A stretch of DNA of 64,000 nt from Azolla caroliniana (Eukaryota > Plantae > Polypodiophyta), in assembly GCA_043228905.1 (NCBI GenBank), contig JBHGNT010000004.1, positions 18,414,001 through 18,478,000 of the forward strand. The letters are read 5' to 3'. Positions 1-12,800 of the stretch are shown here, piece after piece; within the stretch, counting starts at the first letter, position 1, and the number at the start of each line of letters is the position of its first letter. Under the pieces are notes generated by a model. It was not told where the DNA came from and ran no database searches. It worked only from the letters and a program-made list of their open reading frames with translations. Position numbers and translations under genes: made by a program.

Positions 1-1661
1 ACTACCTGATTGGGACGGAGGTAATAATCGAGACGGACTGCCTTCTGATACCCGGCATGGTTTCCGGATGTGCGACGTCAGACCTAGCAATGCTCTGGTG
101 GATAGCGTACATTAAGTCCCTGAACTTGGAGATACGGCACATCTCCAGAAAGGATAACGCCATGGCCGACATGCTTTCGAGAGCGAGGTTCAATGACGAA
201 GTCGACATGGTTTCGGATGACGAAGAAATCGGCGAGGACTTCTTCGGGTCGGCTAACGTGACGACGAGGAAAGGGGGCACTCCGGCACTTAACGAATTTG
301 ACGAAAGCAGGTACGATGGGGAGTGGCTCCAAATCGGGAGGTTCCTATGGGCGATGACGCCGGACGCAGCTTGGACAAGAGAAGAGGCGAGCCGGGTACG
401 GAAGAAGGTGTATCCATTCTTCCTACGGGACGGGTGCATATGGAGGCACCCAAAGAAAAGAAACGGCATTCCGCTCCAAGTAGTGGCAATGAAAGAAGAA
501 CAGGAGGAATTACTGGTGGCATTTCACGAGAGTCCCTAGGCCGGGCACCGCAGAACGTGGGTCACATTCGAGAACCTGAAGGAGAAGTACTGGTGGCCGG
601 GGTTGTACCGGGACATGCATCAGTTCATAACAACTTGCGAAAGCTGTCAGATGCACTCCGTAGTCCGACATCGGGAAGAGCTACACCCGACCTACCCGCC
701 TACGGTCCATTTCAAGTGGATGGTGGACTTGGTGACGATGTCGATGGGAGTAGGACAAATGCGATACCTGGTGCTTGCGCGGGAAGACTTAACGAACTAG
801 GTGGAAGGTTGTGCACTGCAGAACAAGACAACTGCGACAATATGCTGTTTCCTGATCGAAGAGGTAGTGTGTTGGTACGGGTGCGTCGGGAGGATCATGG
901 CGGACCGGGGAGAGTTGGATGCGCAAGAAGCTGAGGAGCTGTTCGACCGGCTAGGGGTCAAACTCTCCCTCACTATAGCGTACAATCCGGAGGCGAACGG
1001 GAAGGTAGAACGTGGGCATAGGCCGATCGTAAAGGCGTTGGTGCGTGCATGTGGAGGGCAGATCGGGAATTGGCCGCGACTCCTTCCTTATGCACTATGG
1101 GCGGACTGAACTACGCACAGTTCGGTGACAGGGTTTTTGCCGGCATAGCTGATGTATGGACAAAAGCCGATCATGCCGTTGGAACGGACAGTTTCTTCGT
1201 GGGTGGCAGTAGATTGGAAGGACGAGATGAGCTGGGAGGAGTTGCTGGCGACGCGGATTCGGCAACTCGAGCGGAGGCCGGAGGACATGTAACTGGCGAA
1301 GGAAAAGCTGCGGGCGGCAAGGGAGCGGAACAAGACCCGGTTCAACCGGACGCACCGGTTGCGATAAAAGAAGGTCGAGGAAGGCGACTGGGTCATGGTA
1401 TACGACAACAGCCTCAACAATCAGCACAAGGCGGTGCGAAAGTTCGCTAGGAGATGGTTTGGGCCCTACATGGTGATGAGCGCGAACGACAACGACACGT
1501 ACCACCTCGTGGAACTCGACGGGACACGGTTAGCGGTACGAGTGGCCGGGAAACGGATCAAAGCGTTCAAGAATCGGTTCGAAGACGAGCCGGAGCCGGC
1601 GAGTGAGAGCGACGATGACGATCGGTTCGGGCCCAACGAAGAATCCGAGAGCGACGAGTGA
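1..1661 (+). pseudogene. Ty3/gypsy pol remnant (RNase H end, integrase Zn-binding and core domains, C-terminal region)
   Basis: Collinear ORF pieces HISRKDNAMADMLSR, CESCQ, WMVDLVTM, ADRGE, YNPEANGKVERGH and KFARRWFGPY are broken by in-frame stops. RNase H precedes integrase, which is gypsy order. Confidence 0.9.
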
Positions 1662-1730
1662 AGCCGGTTTTCTTCGGTATCTACCCATCTCTAGCGCATG
1701 CCGGTGGATGCGTGGTTTGGTGGGGGTGGA

Positions 1731-2446
1731 TGTCGTGAAGAAAACCGGCCATAGGCAGAATCAGAGAAAAAGACGCATGAACCGGCTCTTACATGGGTGG
1801 ACGCGAGAATTGATATTTTGTAAATAATTCGTAATTAGGTCGGCTGATGTAAATACTAGGTAGTAGACAATTATTAGGGGATTTTTGTGTATCTCTGTCG
1901 AAAGGGACAGGGAATAAAGCGATTGGACTAGGGAAGAAGGGTCTCCCCTTTGCGAACTATTTAAGGAGGGAGAGAAGGAAGAAAAGGGATCGCGGGTTGG
2001 CGAGGACAAAGTGTTGCTGCAGAAACGAGGGCCGAGCTCTCTCTCCTCCAATCGTCGTTCGCTGCCCCTGCTTCGTGGACAGCCGTTTGCTTCCAGCAGA
2101 GGCTCTCTCTCTCTCCCCCTCTCTCTCTCCTCCGATCCTCGTTCGCTGCCTCTGCTTCGTGGACAGCCCGTGTGCTCTCTCTCTTCCCCCCCCCCCCTTT
2201 TTTTTTTGTTTCTTCGAGTCGTGTGGCTGTCGTCGGTGTGCGTGAGTAGGACCTCGTGTCAGGTCCATTACCGGGTTGCCGGTTGTAACTGTTCGAGTTG
2301 TAAGCTACTGATCATAGTAATCGGATTCTTGTTTCTTGCTCTTATTTTCTTTCTGTGTATCTGCAACTCTCTCTCTCTCTCTCTCCTTGGTCCAAGACCC
2401 CCGTGTTCCCACCTCTTCCTACACGCGAACGTGAAACTTCGCGACA
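1731..2446 (+). repeat. 3' LTR of the gypsy element
   Basis: Follows the purine tract ggtttggtgggggtgga. Termini are TGTCGTGAA...TTCGCGACA. Copia RT sequence resumes immediately after it. Confidence 0.8.
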
Positions 2447-4659
2447 ACGCGCAGAAGCACGGCGTGAACTACGATCAGACCTTTGCGCTTCTCACGAAAA
2501 TGACTATTGTGCGCGTTTTGCTAGCCGTAGCCATGGAGAAGGGGTGGCATTTACATCAGATGGATGCCAAGAATGTGTTCCTGCAAGGCGAGCTTGAGGA
2601 ACAGGTGTACATGGTATAACCCCTTAGATTTCACTTCGGAATGAACACTTCGGCGGTCTGCCGGTTGAAGAAGTTCCTTTACAGATTAAAGCAAGCCCCA
2701 CGTGCTTGGAACGCGAAAATCATGCAGCAATTGTGTCGGATGGTATTTGCGACGTCCAAATCAAACTCTTAACTGTTCTTTCAGCAACGTCGACTCAGGC
2801 CGGTTAGTATTTTACTTTATGTTGATGACTTGGTCATCACCGATGTCGACCTAGTTGAAATTAACCGCGTAAAGCTCCAGCTCACAACATCATTTGACAT
2901 GAAGGACCTAGGGGACCTTCATTACTTCCTCGGGATCGAAGTGATCCGCACCCCCGAAGGTATACTGATTAGCCAATGGCATTACGTGTTGGGTATGCTC
3001 TTTAAGTTCGGGATGGTAGATTGTAAGTTCGTCTCGACTCCTCTAGATAGGACTGTCAAGCTTTGCCTTGACTCCGGAAAGGTTTGCGACCCGAAGAGGT
3101 TCCAACCGATTGTCAGAAGCCTCATCTACTTGACTATCACTCGACCAAACCTCAGTTACCCGGTCGGTGTGATTAGTCAATTCATGGCGCGGCCAACCGA
3201 GCAACACCTTCAGTGCGCACAATGCGTACTCTAGTATGTTAGTGGCACTAAGGACCGGGGGCTACTATATCGGACCGATATTGCCGCGCTGTTAGTCGGT
3301 TACACCGATGCTGATTGGGCCAGAAACACCGGCGATCGCCGATCCACATCCGGATTCGCGTTCTCTCTTGGGAGTGCTGTGATCATGTGGAGTAGCAAGA
3401 AGTAGCTGATAATTGCATTGTCGAGCACCGAAGCCGAGTATAAAGGAGCGCCTGTCGCAACATGCGAAGCCATCTGGCTGAAACGGCTACTTAAGGATCT
3501 ATGGGTGGAGGTGTCTGATCTGACGATGATCTGCTGCAACAACCTCAGTAACATCGAGTTAGCGAAGAACCCTATCTTCCATGCCTGGACTAAGCACATT
3601 GAGGTGCACTGCCACTTTGTCCGCGAGCGTGTCCTCTTCGGTGAAATCGAACTTCAGTATGTTTCGACGGATCGGCAGACCGCCGACATTTTCCCCAAGC
3701 CCCTTTGCCTTGACAAGTTGCGGCAATTGTCGGGTGCGCTTGGGATGCGACACCTCGATGTGCCGAACTTGAGGGGGAGAGAAGTCTCAGAAGACCAAGG
3801 AAGGGAGCAGAAAAGGAGCAGAAGAGACCATGACGCCGAGTCGGATGACGAATTTGATTTCGGGTCAGCTGAAGAAGCTGACGACGGATCCGTCAAAGAG
3901 GGCAGCAGTCGAAAGAAAGAGCCGAAGCCGGCCAAGCGTGGGGGAGATGAAGCCAACTCAGATGAGAGCGAAAACTGATTGGAGGAAGCCAATTCGGTTC
4001 GGATGTTTGATTCGAAGACGCCGAATCAACCAAGGGCCAGGCATAAGAAAGGGCAGCCAAAGAGGCGCCAACACCGCGACAACAAGGGAGTTGAGAAGGG
4101 CTGCACGAGCACACAAGCCGACCGGAAGGGTCGATGTGCACGGAATGGAACAGGTCAAGGAGCGGGAGCAAGGCGTGAAGCTAGAAGAAACCGGAGCGGT
4201 GATCCGGAAGAACCAGAAGAGCCTGAAGTTGAGCTTGAGGGGGAGTGTTGAGATACAAGCTCAACATTGGCCGGATCGGTTGTGCAAGCCGAGAACTGGA
4301 TCGGTTAGGCCAGACCGGTGCGTAAACCGGGTGCGCAACAAGAAGTCGTACCGGTGCGTAAACTGCGAGGCTGTTGGAAAGATATTCCGCATAGGAATAT
4401 ATTTTGGGAGTTAGTGTAGAGCTCATTTATGAGCATTGAAGTACGTGTCAGTACTTCTGTAAGTCCATATGGACTTGTATAAAAGTGCTCATTGAGCACA
4501 TTCTATGTACAGATTGAGTATTAGTTTTTGAAATAGAGTTGTGTGTATTGTCTCTCTCTCTCTATGTCTCTCCCGCATACTGTGTGTTCAAGCTCTCCAT
4601 TAAACCTGTGTTTTCCTACGTTCTGCTCTCTGTTGCTTCCGCACGTTGTTCTTTTCACA
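2447..4659 (+). mobile_element. Ty1/copia 3' half (degenerate RT/RNase H, PPT, 3' LTR 4246-4659); same family as 32233-38055
   Basis: Motifs LHQMDAKNVFLQG, MKDLGDLHYFLG and TKHIEVH. PPT gagcttgagggggag. LTR TGTTGAGA...TTTCACA resembles the LTRs at 32233 and 37599. Confidence 0.85.
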
Positions 4660-5443
4660 TGATCTCACAACAACACTACATCCTCAACTTACTCTACAAG
4701 TTCGGGATGACGGAGTGCAAACCTGTTTCCACCCCGCATAACCATAATCTCAAGCTTCATGTCGATTCTGGCACAACCGAGTGCGAGCCAACTGAGTATC
4801 ACCAATTGATCGGCAACCTCATCTACCTAACCATTACGTGAGCCAACTTGGTATCGCCAATTGATCGGCAACCTCATCTACCTATTAACCATTACGCGAC
4901 CCAACCTCAACTATTCGGTGGGCCTACTCAACCAATTCATGCAGAATCCGTGAAACCTTCATCTTGATTGCGCTAAGAGGGTACTTCGGTACGCTAGTGG
5001 TACAATGGATTACGACATTAGATACAAGTCAAATACGATAATTCGCTTGACGGGTACGCAGACGCGGACTGGGCAGGTTATAAAGTGGATAAACGGTCAA
5101 CATCAAGATTCGTCTTCTCCCTCGACAACGGAGCAATCTCATGGAGTAGCAAGAAGCAACTGACAGTCGCACTATCGAGCACGGAGGCCGTATGGCTCAA
5201 GCATATACTGAGGGATCTGGGCGTAACTATCAAGGATTTGATTCGTCTATACTGCGACAACATGAGCAGTATCTACCTGGCGCGGACTAAGCATGCTGAA
5301 GTGCATTACCACTTCATCTACAGATGCGTGCAGACCAAAGATATAGACTTACACCACATCAACATGAATCTACAAGTAGTCGACATTTTCACAAAAGCCC
5401 TGGGTATCGACAAGCTACAGTAGTTCACATTGAACCTTGGCCT
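4660..5443 (+). pseudogene. Older copia RT/RNase H remnant, split by the 5444-25961 insertion
   Basis: Motifs ISQQHYILNLLYKFGM and ISWSSKKQ..VALSSTEA. The sequence resumes at 25962 after the duplicated ggcct. Confidence 0.8.
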
Positions 5444-5916
5444 TGTTACGAAGGCGCTCCGGCTCTTCTTTGTGCACACCGGATCGTGATGTGCTAGATC
5501 ATTAGGTGTGCTCGAGACCGAAAGGAAAGGGGGAAAGAGACTTACCCCTGCACAACCCAAAAGCTTCTGCTTCATTGCACGTAGAGCTCAACTCACTCTT
5601 GTTAGTTTTCTATTTTCTGTTCTTTTTCTTCTCCACTATCACTACTTACGACTCCTACTTTTTACCTAAGTTATAAGTCACTTACATATGCAGCTAATTA
5701 GTTGACAATAGCTAAATAGTTGTCAACAGCTAAATAGTTGTGCATAGCCTCACCTTTATGTCCACTAGTAGCTAATTAGCTAATAGCTACTATAGCTTAT
5801 TTCTCAACAAGCATCACATACCTTTGTTGAACTTGGTTCTCAACACTCCCCCTCAAGCTCAACTTATCCTTTCTTGGGATCATCTTCAATATTCTTTTCT
5901 TCATGCTTTTCAGCTA

Positions 5917-8900
5917 TCATACCGTGCATGTTTTTCCCATCATGTCTCTAAACTGTGTATGTTTTTCCATGCTCAATCCCTTCATAAGAATATTAGCCAC
6001 TTGCTTATTTGTACTTATATATAGCAGATCCACTTCTCCATCAATCACTTTTTCCCTAACAAAGTGATAATGCACTTCAATGTGCTTTGTTCTTGCATGG
6101 AACACTAGGTTTTTTGCAAGCTAAATGTTGCTCATATGTTCACACCAATTTGTGACAACACCATCTATATATTCTCCCAAATCAGCAAGCAATCTTCTGA
6201 TCCATACCTCTTCATAGGTAGCTATTGCAGCTCCTCTATATTCAACTTCAGTACTTAATAGTGCAACAATAGCTTGTTTCTTGCCACTCCATGAAATAGC
6301 TGCACTTCCCAATGTTAACATATATCCACATGTGGATCTTCTGTCAGTTTGGCTTCCAGCCCAATCAACATTTGTATATCCTTCCAGCTTTATGTCCAGA
6401 TCAGCCCTGTAAAACAGTCCATAGTTTTGGGTAGCTTTTACATACCTCAAAATTCTTCTAATGTAGTCCAAATGTGGCTTTGTTGGCTCTTGCATAAATT
6501 GGCTAACTAATCCAACAACATAACTCAAATCAGGTCTTGTTATGGTCAAATATATGAGGCTTCCCACCATAGACTTGTACATGTTTACATCTTCTATTTT
6601 GGCTCCCAAATCAGCCCTCAATTTGCGGTTCTTATCTAGTGCTATACCAATAGGTTTGCATCCAAGCATACCATACTTCTTCAACATAGTTGTTGCATAC
6701 TGTTTTTACAACATATATATGCCACTTTCAGATCTGATCATCTCAATACCAAGAAAGTATCTCAACTCTCCCAAATCATTCATATGAAATTGCATTTCAA
6801 GATTTTTCTTAAGCTTCCTTATTTCATCCATAGAATCACCTCCAATGATTAAATCATCTACATAAATCAAAATAACAACAATGCAATCATTGATCTTCTT
6901 TACATATAGTGATGGATCAACCTCTGACATTTTGAAAACAAATTTTTTTAGAGATTCTGAAAGTTCTTTATGCCATGCTCTCAGTCCTTGTTTTAGTCCA
7001 TAGAGAGCTTTTTTCAGCCTACATACATATTCTGGATGATTCTTATCGTCAAAACCTGGTGGTTGACACATGTACACTTCTTCTTCTAAGTTACCATGTA
7101 AAAAAGCGTTTTTTACATCCATATGGTGCAGAACCCATGTTTTGGTTGCACTTACAGCAAGTAGCGTCCTCAATGTTGCCATTTTTGCAACCGGTGCAAA
7201 TGTTTCATCATAATCAATTCCTTGCATCTGGGCATATATCCCTTTGCAACAAGTCTTTCTTTATTTCTACTAACATTTCCATTTGAATCATGCTTTGTTT
7301 TGTAGACCCATTTGCAACCTACAACATTTTTCGCTTTCGGTAACTTCACCAAATCCCATGTTCTGTTTTCAGCCAATGCATCTATTTCTTCTTGCATTTC
7401 ATTCACCCATTTCTTATCAGATCTTGCTTCATCAAAATTATTTGGATCAAAGATTTGTACCACTTTAGACATGTATGCATAATGCATAGCCATTTATGTA
7501 TCATAACCAAATCTTTCAACAATCTTTTTCTCTCTATCTGATCTTCTCAGTTTCTGATTTGCATCTTTCATTGCCTTGCCATCTTTTGTTTTCCCTTTTT
7601 ATCATCATATTTTTGGTGTCTTGTACTTTTTCCACTCCATGCATTAGATTCAGATTTACTACCTGAGCTTCCAGATGGTCCAGTACATTCTATCGATGTT
7701 GAACTTTGTTGTCCAACATTGTTTCCACCTCTATGACAATCTCTTCCATTTTCAGATTCACCTCGGTCTTCATTTTCATTGTCTTCATTAGTTTCTACAT
7801 TTTGTTTTGGGTTGTACCAACTGCCCAACTCATCAAATATTACCACAATCTTTTTTGTCAAAGGGTTATAGCATCTATACCCTTTTTGCTCCTCTGAATA
7901 TCCAACAAGAATACATTTTTCTTCTTACTTCAGTAGGTACATGAACGTAGGCAAGGCATCCAAACACTTTTAAGTGTCCTAAACTAGGTTTCCTTCCATG
8001 GAAACATTCTTCAGGAGTTACTTCATGTACTCCAGATGTTATACATCGATTTAGAATAAAGTTTACTGTGTTTATAGCTTCTGCCCAGTAATATAATGAC
8101 ATATTTTTTTTCAATCATCATGGCTATGTTCACCAGGGTTTAGTTTTATCTCTCAGCAACTCCATTTTGTTGTGGTGTATATCTACATGTAAATTGTCTG
8201 TTTATTCCTTGATTACATAGAAAATCAGAAAATTCATTTGAGAAGTACTCTCCTCCTCCATAAGATCTTAAACATTTTATTCTAGTTCCAGCCTGCCTTT
8301 CTACCATGCATTTGAACTTACGAAAGCAATCAAATACTTCAATTTTTTCTTTCATCAAGTAAACCCATGTTTTCCTTGAGGAATCATAAATAAATGTTAC
8401 ATAAAACTTACATCCACTAATTGATGCATTTTATGTTGGTCCCCATACATCTGTATGTACCAAATCCAACAAATTCTTGCTTACATGTCTTTCATAAGGG
8501 AAAGGCAACCTGTTTTGCTTTCCATATTGCCATGCTTCACATATTTTGCTCATCTCACAATTTTTCAACTTAGGCAATTCAACCACTGCATTTTTCCTCA
8601 ACATATTTTTCAAGGTTTGCATACTTATGTGATCGATTCTTTTATGCCACATTTCCACATCTGAGATTACACTCATTCCTTCTGCAAACATGGTTGTGAT
8701 CTTCTTAGGCATATCCACATCTAAAACAAACATCCTTTTTAAAGCAACCACTTTTCTTAAACTTAACTTGCATTCCTTGCTCTACTATATGTCCAACAGA
8801 AATCAGATTTTTTGCAAGGTTTGGAACATGCATCACAGTCAACATATACTTTGTTTTTCATTTCTCTTCCCACAATGGGATATCTCCAACATGCTCGATA

Positions 8901-9561
8901 GTATGAGTGGTGTTATCACCTATTTGTACATAACTAGGAATCTCTGGTTCTCTTAAACTTTCAAACCAATTTGCATGTCCAGTCATATGATTAGATGCCC
9001 CAGAATCTACATACCACATAAAATCTTCATTACATCTCTATGAACATTCAGCCATTGCTATTGTTTCATGGCATCACAAACGCACCATCTTTATCACAGT
9101 CTTCACTAGTTGAAACATAATTATTTTGCTGCCTCTTCCCTCTTTTTTCATCATTTTGCTTTTTATAGCATTCAACCTGTGTATGGCCTGGTTTTCCACA
9201 ATACCAGCAACCAACATCATTCAAATAGGTTTGCTTACCTCTCCCTCGATTGCTCCCCCTGCCTCTGATGTTGTTTCTTCCACTTGTAACCTTTTGTCCT
9301 CTTCCTTGATAACTATTGTTGGTTCTAGCAGAACCAAATCTTCCATGGCCTCTTCCAGCACTATTGTAGAGGGCTTGCCCCTCAGTCTCAAAGTTTCATT
9401 TGTTTACATCATCCATATGATTTCTTTCTTCCACTACAAGCAGTGAAACTAGATTTGGAAAACTTGGGATGCTATCCCTTGTGAGAATAGATGTTTTGAA
9501 GCTTTTATATCGAGGTCCTAAACCTCTTAAGCATATTTCCAGCTTATCATCATCTTCTACC
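5917..9561 (-). pseudogene. Fragmented gag-pol of copia A (gag continues at 15130-15347 and 25240-25480)
   Basis: ORF pieces LVHTDVWGP, YTPQQNGVAER, VGCKWVYK, IYVDD and HARTKHIEVHYHF with many stops and frameshifts. Confidence 0.9.
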
Positions 9562-9838
9562 TGTTGAGAACTCGACGTTCCTTATGTCCGACACTCGGCC
9601 ACAACCGAGATTCTTTTCATACACAGAAAAACAGGTAATGAAACGCGACACAAAGGGGAGAAATGGTACACAGGAGGTTTACGTGGAAAACCCCAAAATA
9701 AGGGAAAAAACCACGGTAGCCCACAGGCTGCAAACTGTCACTATGTAGGAATATACAACAATGAGTTCACTGAGGCAACGACCTCGTGCTCTCAGATCTT
9801 CGCCACAGGCGGCGGTTACAACAGAGGCAACGACCTCG

Positions 9839-9872
<34 letters not shown>

Positions 9873-12800
9873 CAGTTACACGCTCTATCTTCTTCTTGCA
9901 CCAACAAGGGAGAATAACAACAACAAAGACAACTAACCTAAAAGTTTGCCCTAAGTCATATCTATACTAATATGACTTTTCGGCTATTTACAAATGTAGC
10001 CTCGATGGGCTCTCAGAAACATATTTACGAATATGTCTCTTCCTCCGGTTCATACCAGGCCTACACCATCCGGCTCTCCGCAGTCGGGTACTCCCCATCC
10101 GGTTCGTACCGGGCCTACACCATCCGGCTCTCCGCAGTCGGATACTCCCCATCCGGTTCATACCGTTTCTTCTCCCTTCCCATCCGGAGGGACCTGTCTC
10201 CCAACACTACCTTCACATTAATAGAAGCAAGTGATTCACATATGCTCTTTATTTTTAGAGGATTCTCATTCACTGCCATCTTACCGGGTCTGCACCATCC
10301 GGCTCTCCGTAGCCGGGTCCTCCTCATACGGTTTCGGCCTCGGCCGAGTTTGTTCGTCGGCACTGTTCTTCTCCCTTCCCATCCGGAGGGACCTGTCTCC
10401 CAACAAACTCCCCCTTCACTCCGGCATGGGGTGTCTTTCCAGCCCGATCCTCTTCCGGCATGCGTCCAACTTGTCGGGTGTCAGCACTTTGGTCAGCATA
10501 TCTGACCCGTTCTTAGCCGTGTGGATCTTCATCAGTGTGAACTCCTGGTCATCTACCCTTTCCCGGATCCAGTGATACCTACGCTGGATATGCTTCGTCC
10601 GGGAATGGTAGGCCGCATTCTTAGCAAGGTGGATGGCACTTTGACTGTCGCAGTAGAGTCGGTATTCCTCTTGCCGGATACCGAGCTCTCCGATGAAGTC
10701 CTTCATCCATAATATTTCCTTGCCGGCTTCTACAGACGCCATGTACTCCGCCTCTGTGGTTGACAATGCAACCGTCTTCTGCAGCCTCGACTGCCACGAA
10801 ACAGCTCCCCCTGCATATGTCATCACATACCCGGATGTAGACCGGCTGGTATCCACATCAGCCGACATGTCCGAATCGGTGAAACCGTCTAGTTGAGGTT
10901 TCCCGGAGCCGAATCGGAGACACATATTTGAAGTGCCCTTCAAATACCGGAGTATCCATTTGACCGCGTTCCAATGCTCCTTGCCGAGATTACTCATGAA
11001 CCGGCTCACCACTCCGACTGCGTATCCAATGTCCGGTCGGGTACAAACCATTGCGTACATCAAGCTCTCGACGGCAGAGGCATATGGAATCTTCATCATA
11101 TCTGCCTTCTCTCCTTTTGTCTTCGGGCTTTGCTTGCCGAAAAACTTGCAGTTTGCCGGAAGTGTCGATCCAACCGGTTTTGCATCTGACATGTTGAACC
11201 GGTGAAGCACCTTTGTCACATACTTCTCCTGTGACAGCCATAATTGCTTCACTGACCGGTCCCGAATGATGTGCATCCCCAACATCTGTCTTGCCGGACC
11301 CAAGTCTTTCATTGAGAAGGTCCGGTTGAGAGCCTTCTTCAGCATCCGTATTTTGCCTTGGTCTCGTCCGACGATCAACATGTCATCCACGTACAGGAGA
11401 AGTATCAGGAAGTCCCCTCCTTCGAACTTCTTCACGAACACGCAGTGATCGGCCTGCGTCTTATGGTACCCTTGATCGGTCATGAAGGAGTCGAACTTCC
11501 AGTACCATTGTCGGGGAGCCTGCTTCAGTCCGTACAGGCTCTTCTTCAACCGGCATACCAGGTGCTCCTTCCCTTTCTCCACAAATCCTTCCGGTTGCTG
11601 CATGTAGATTTCCTCTTCGAGGTCGCCGTGAAGGAATGTCGTCTTCACGTCCAGCTACTCTACCTCGAGATCCATGCTTGCTGTTATACTCAGCACCGTC
11701 CGGATGGAGGTCATCTTTACTACCGGGGCGAATATTTCGTCGAAGTCCACGCCCTTCTTCTGCTGGAACCCCTTCACCACGATCCTGGCTTTGTATCTCG
11801 GGGGGTTGCCGGCATCTCCCGGTTTCAACTTGAACACCCACTTGTTTCGGAGTGCCCGCTTTCCTTTCGGCAGCTCCACCAATTCGTACGTATGGTTCTC
11901 ATGCAGGGAATCCATCTCATCCTGCATGGCACTTAACCATTTTCGGCTGTGGGTGTCTTCCTTCGCTTCTTCGAAGCTTTCTGGCTCCCCCTCATCGGTC
12001 AGCAGGACATGCTCTGCATCCGGAAATCTCCGGGGCGCCCTTCTCTCTCTGAGAGGATATCTACGTCTTCGGGCTTCGGTAACCGGTTCCTCCATTTGCT
12101 CTTCATCCGAATCCGATTCGGGGTCTTGACCGGTTCCGGTCTCAGCTTCCTCTACTTCTACTTCTGCTGGTTCGGTATCCTCACCGTAACCGGCTGGTTC
12201 CTCGAGTGCTAACCGGTCTCTTGCAGGTTGGGTCTGCTCATTGTAGAGTCTATCCTTACCGGTCGACTCGGAGTTCATTATCTTCTTCTCCGACTCCCAG
12301 TCGGCGAGCGTCTTGTCCTCCATGAAGATAATATCTCGACTCCGGAATACCTTCTTGTCGACTGGGTCCCACACTCGGTAGCCGAACTCATCGTCACCGT
12401 AACCGAGGAATATGCATGGCCGGGTCTTTGGATCTAACTTTCCTCTCTGGTCCTTTGCTACATGCACGTACGCGAGACACCCGAACACCCTCAGATGCCG
12501 GTAGGACACTTCCTTACCGGTCCATACTCTCTGTGGGGTGTCTCCGTCCAAGGGTACTGAGGGTGATCTGTTTATCACATATGTCGTCGTCGACAGTGCC
12601 TCAGCCCAAAACTTCTTGGGTAGTTTTGCATGCGCTAGCATACTCCGGACCCTCTCCATTATGGTCCGGTTCATCCTCTCGGCCAGTCCGTTTAGTTCCG
12701 GCGTCTTCGGCACGGTAAATTCGAGCCGGATTCCCTTCGAGTGGCAGTACTCCTCGAACTGCCCCCAATACTCTCCTCCGTTATCTGCTCGAACCGCCTT

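Noticed and set aside
9972-10505. Duplicated ORFs MTFRLFTNV... (also 14895-15251) and other ORFs in LTRs or antisense to pol
   Set aside because: They lie in LTR repeats or are shadow frames of GC-rich retrotransposon coding sequence.
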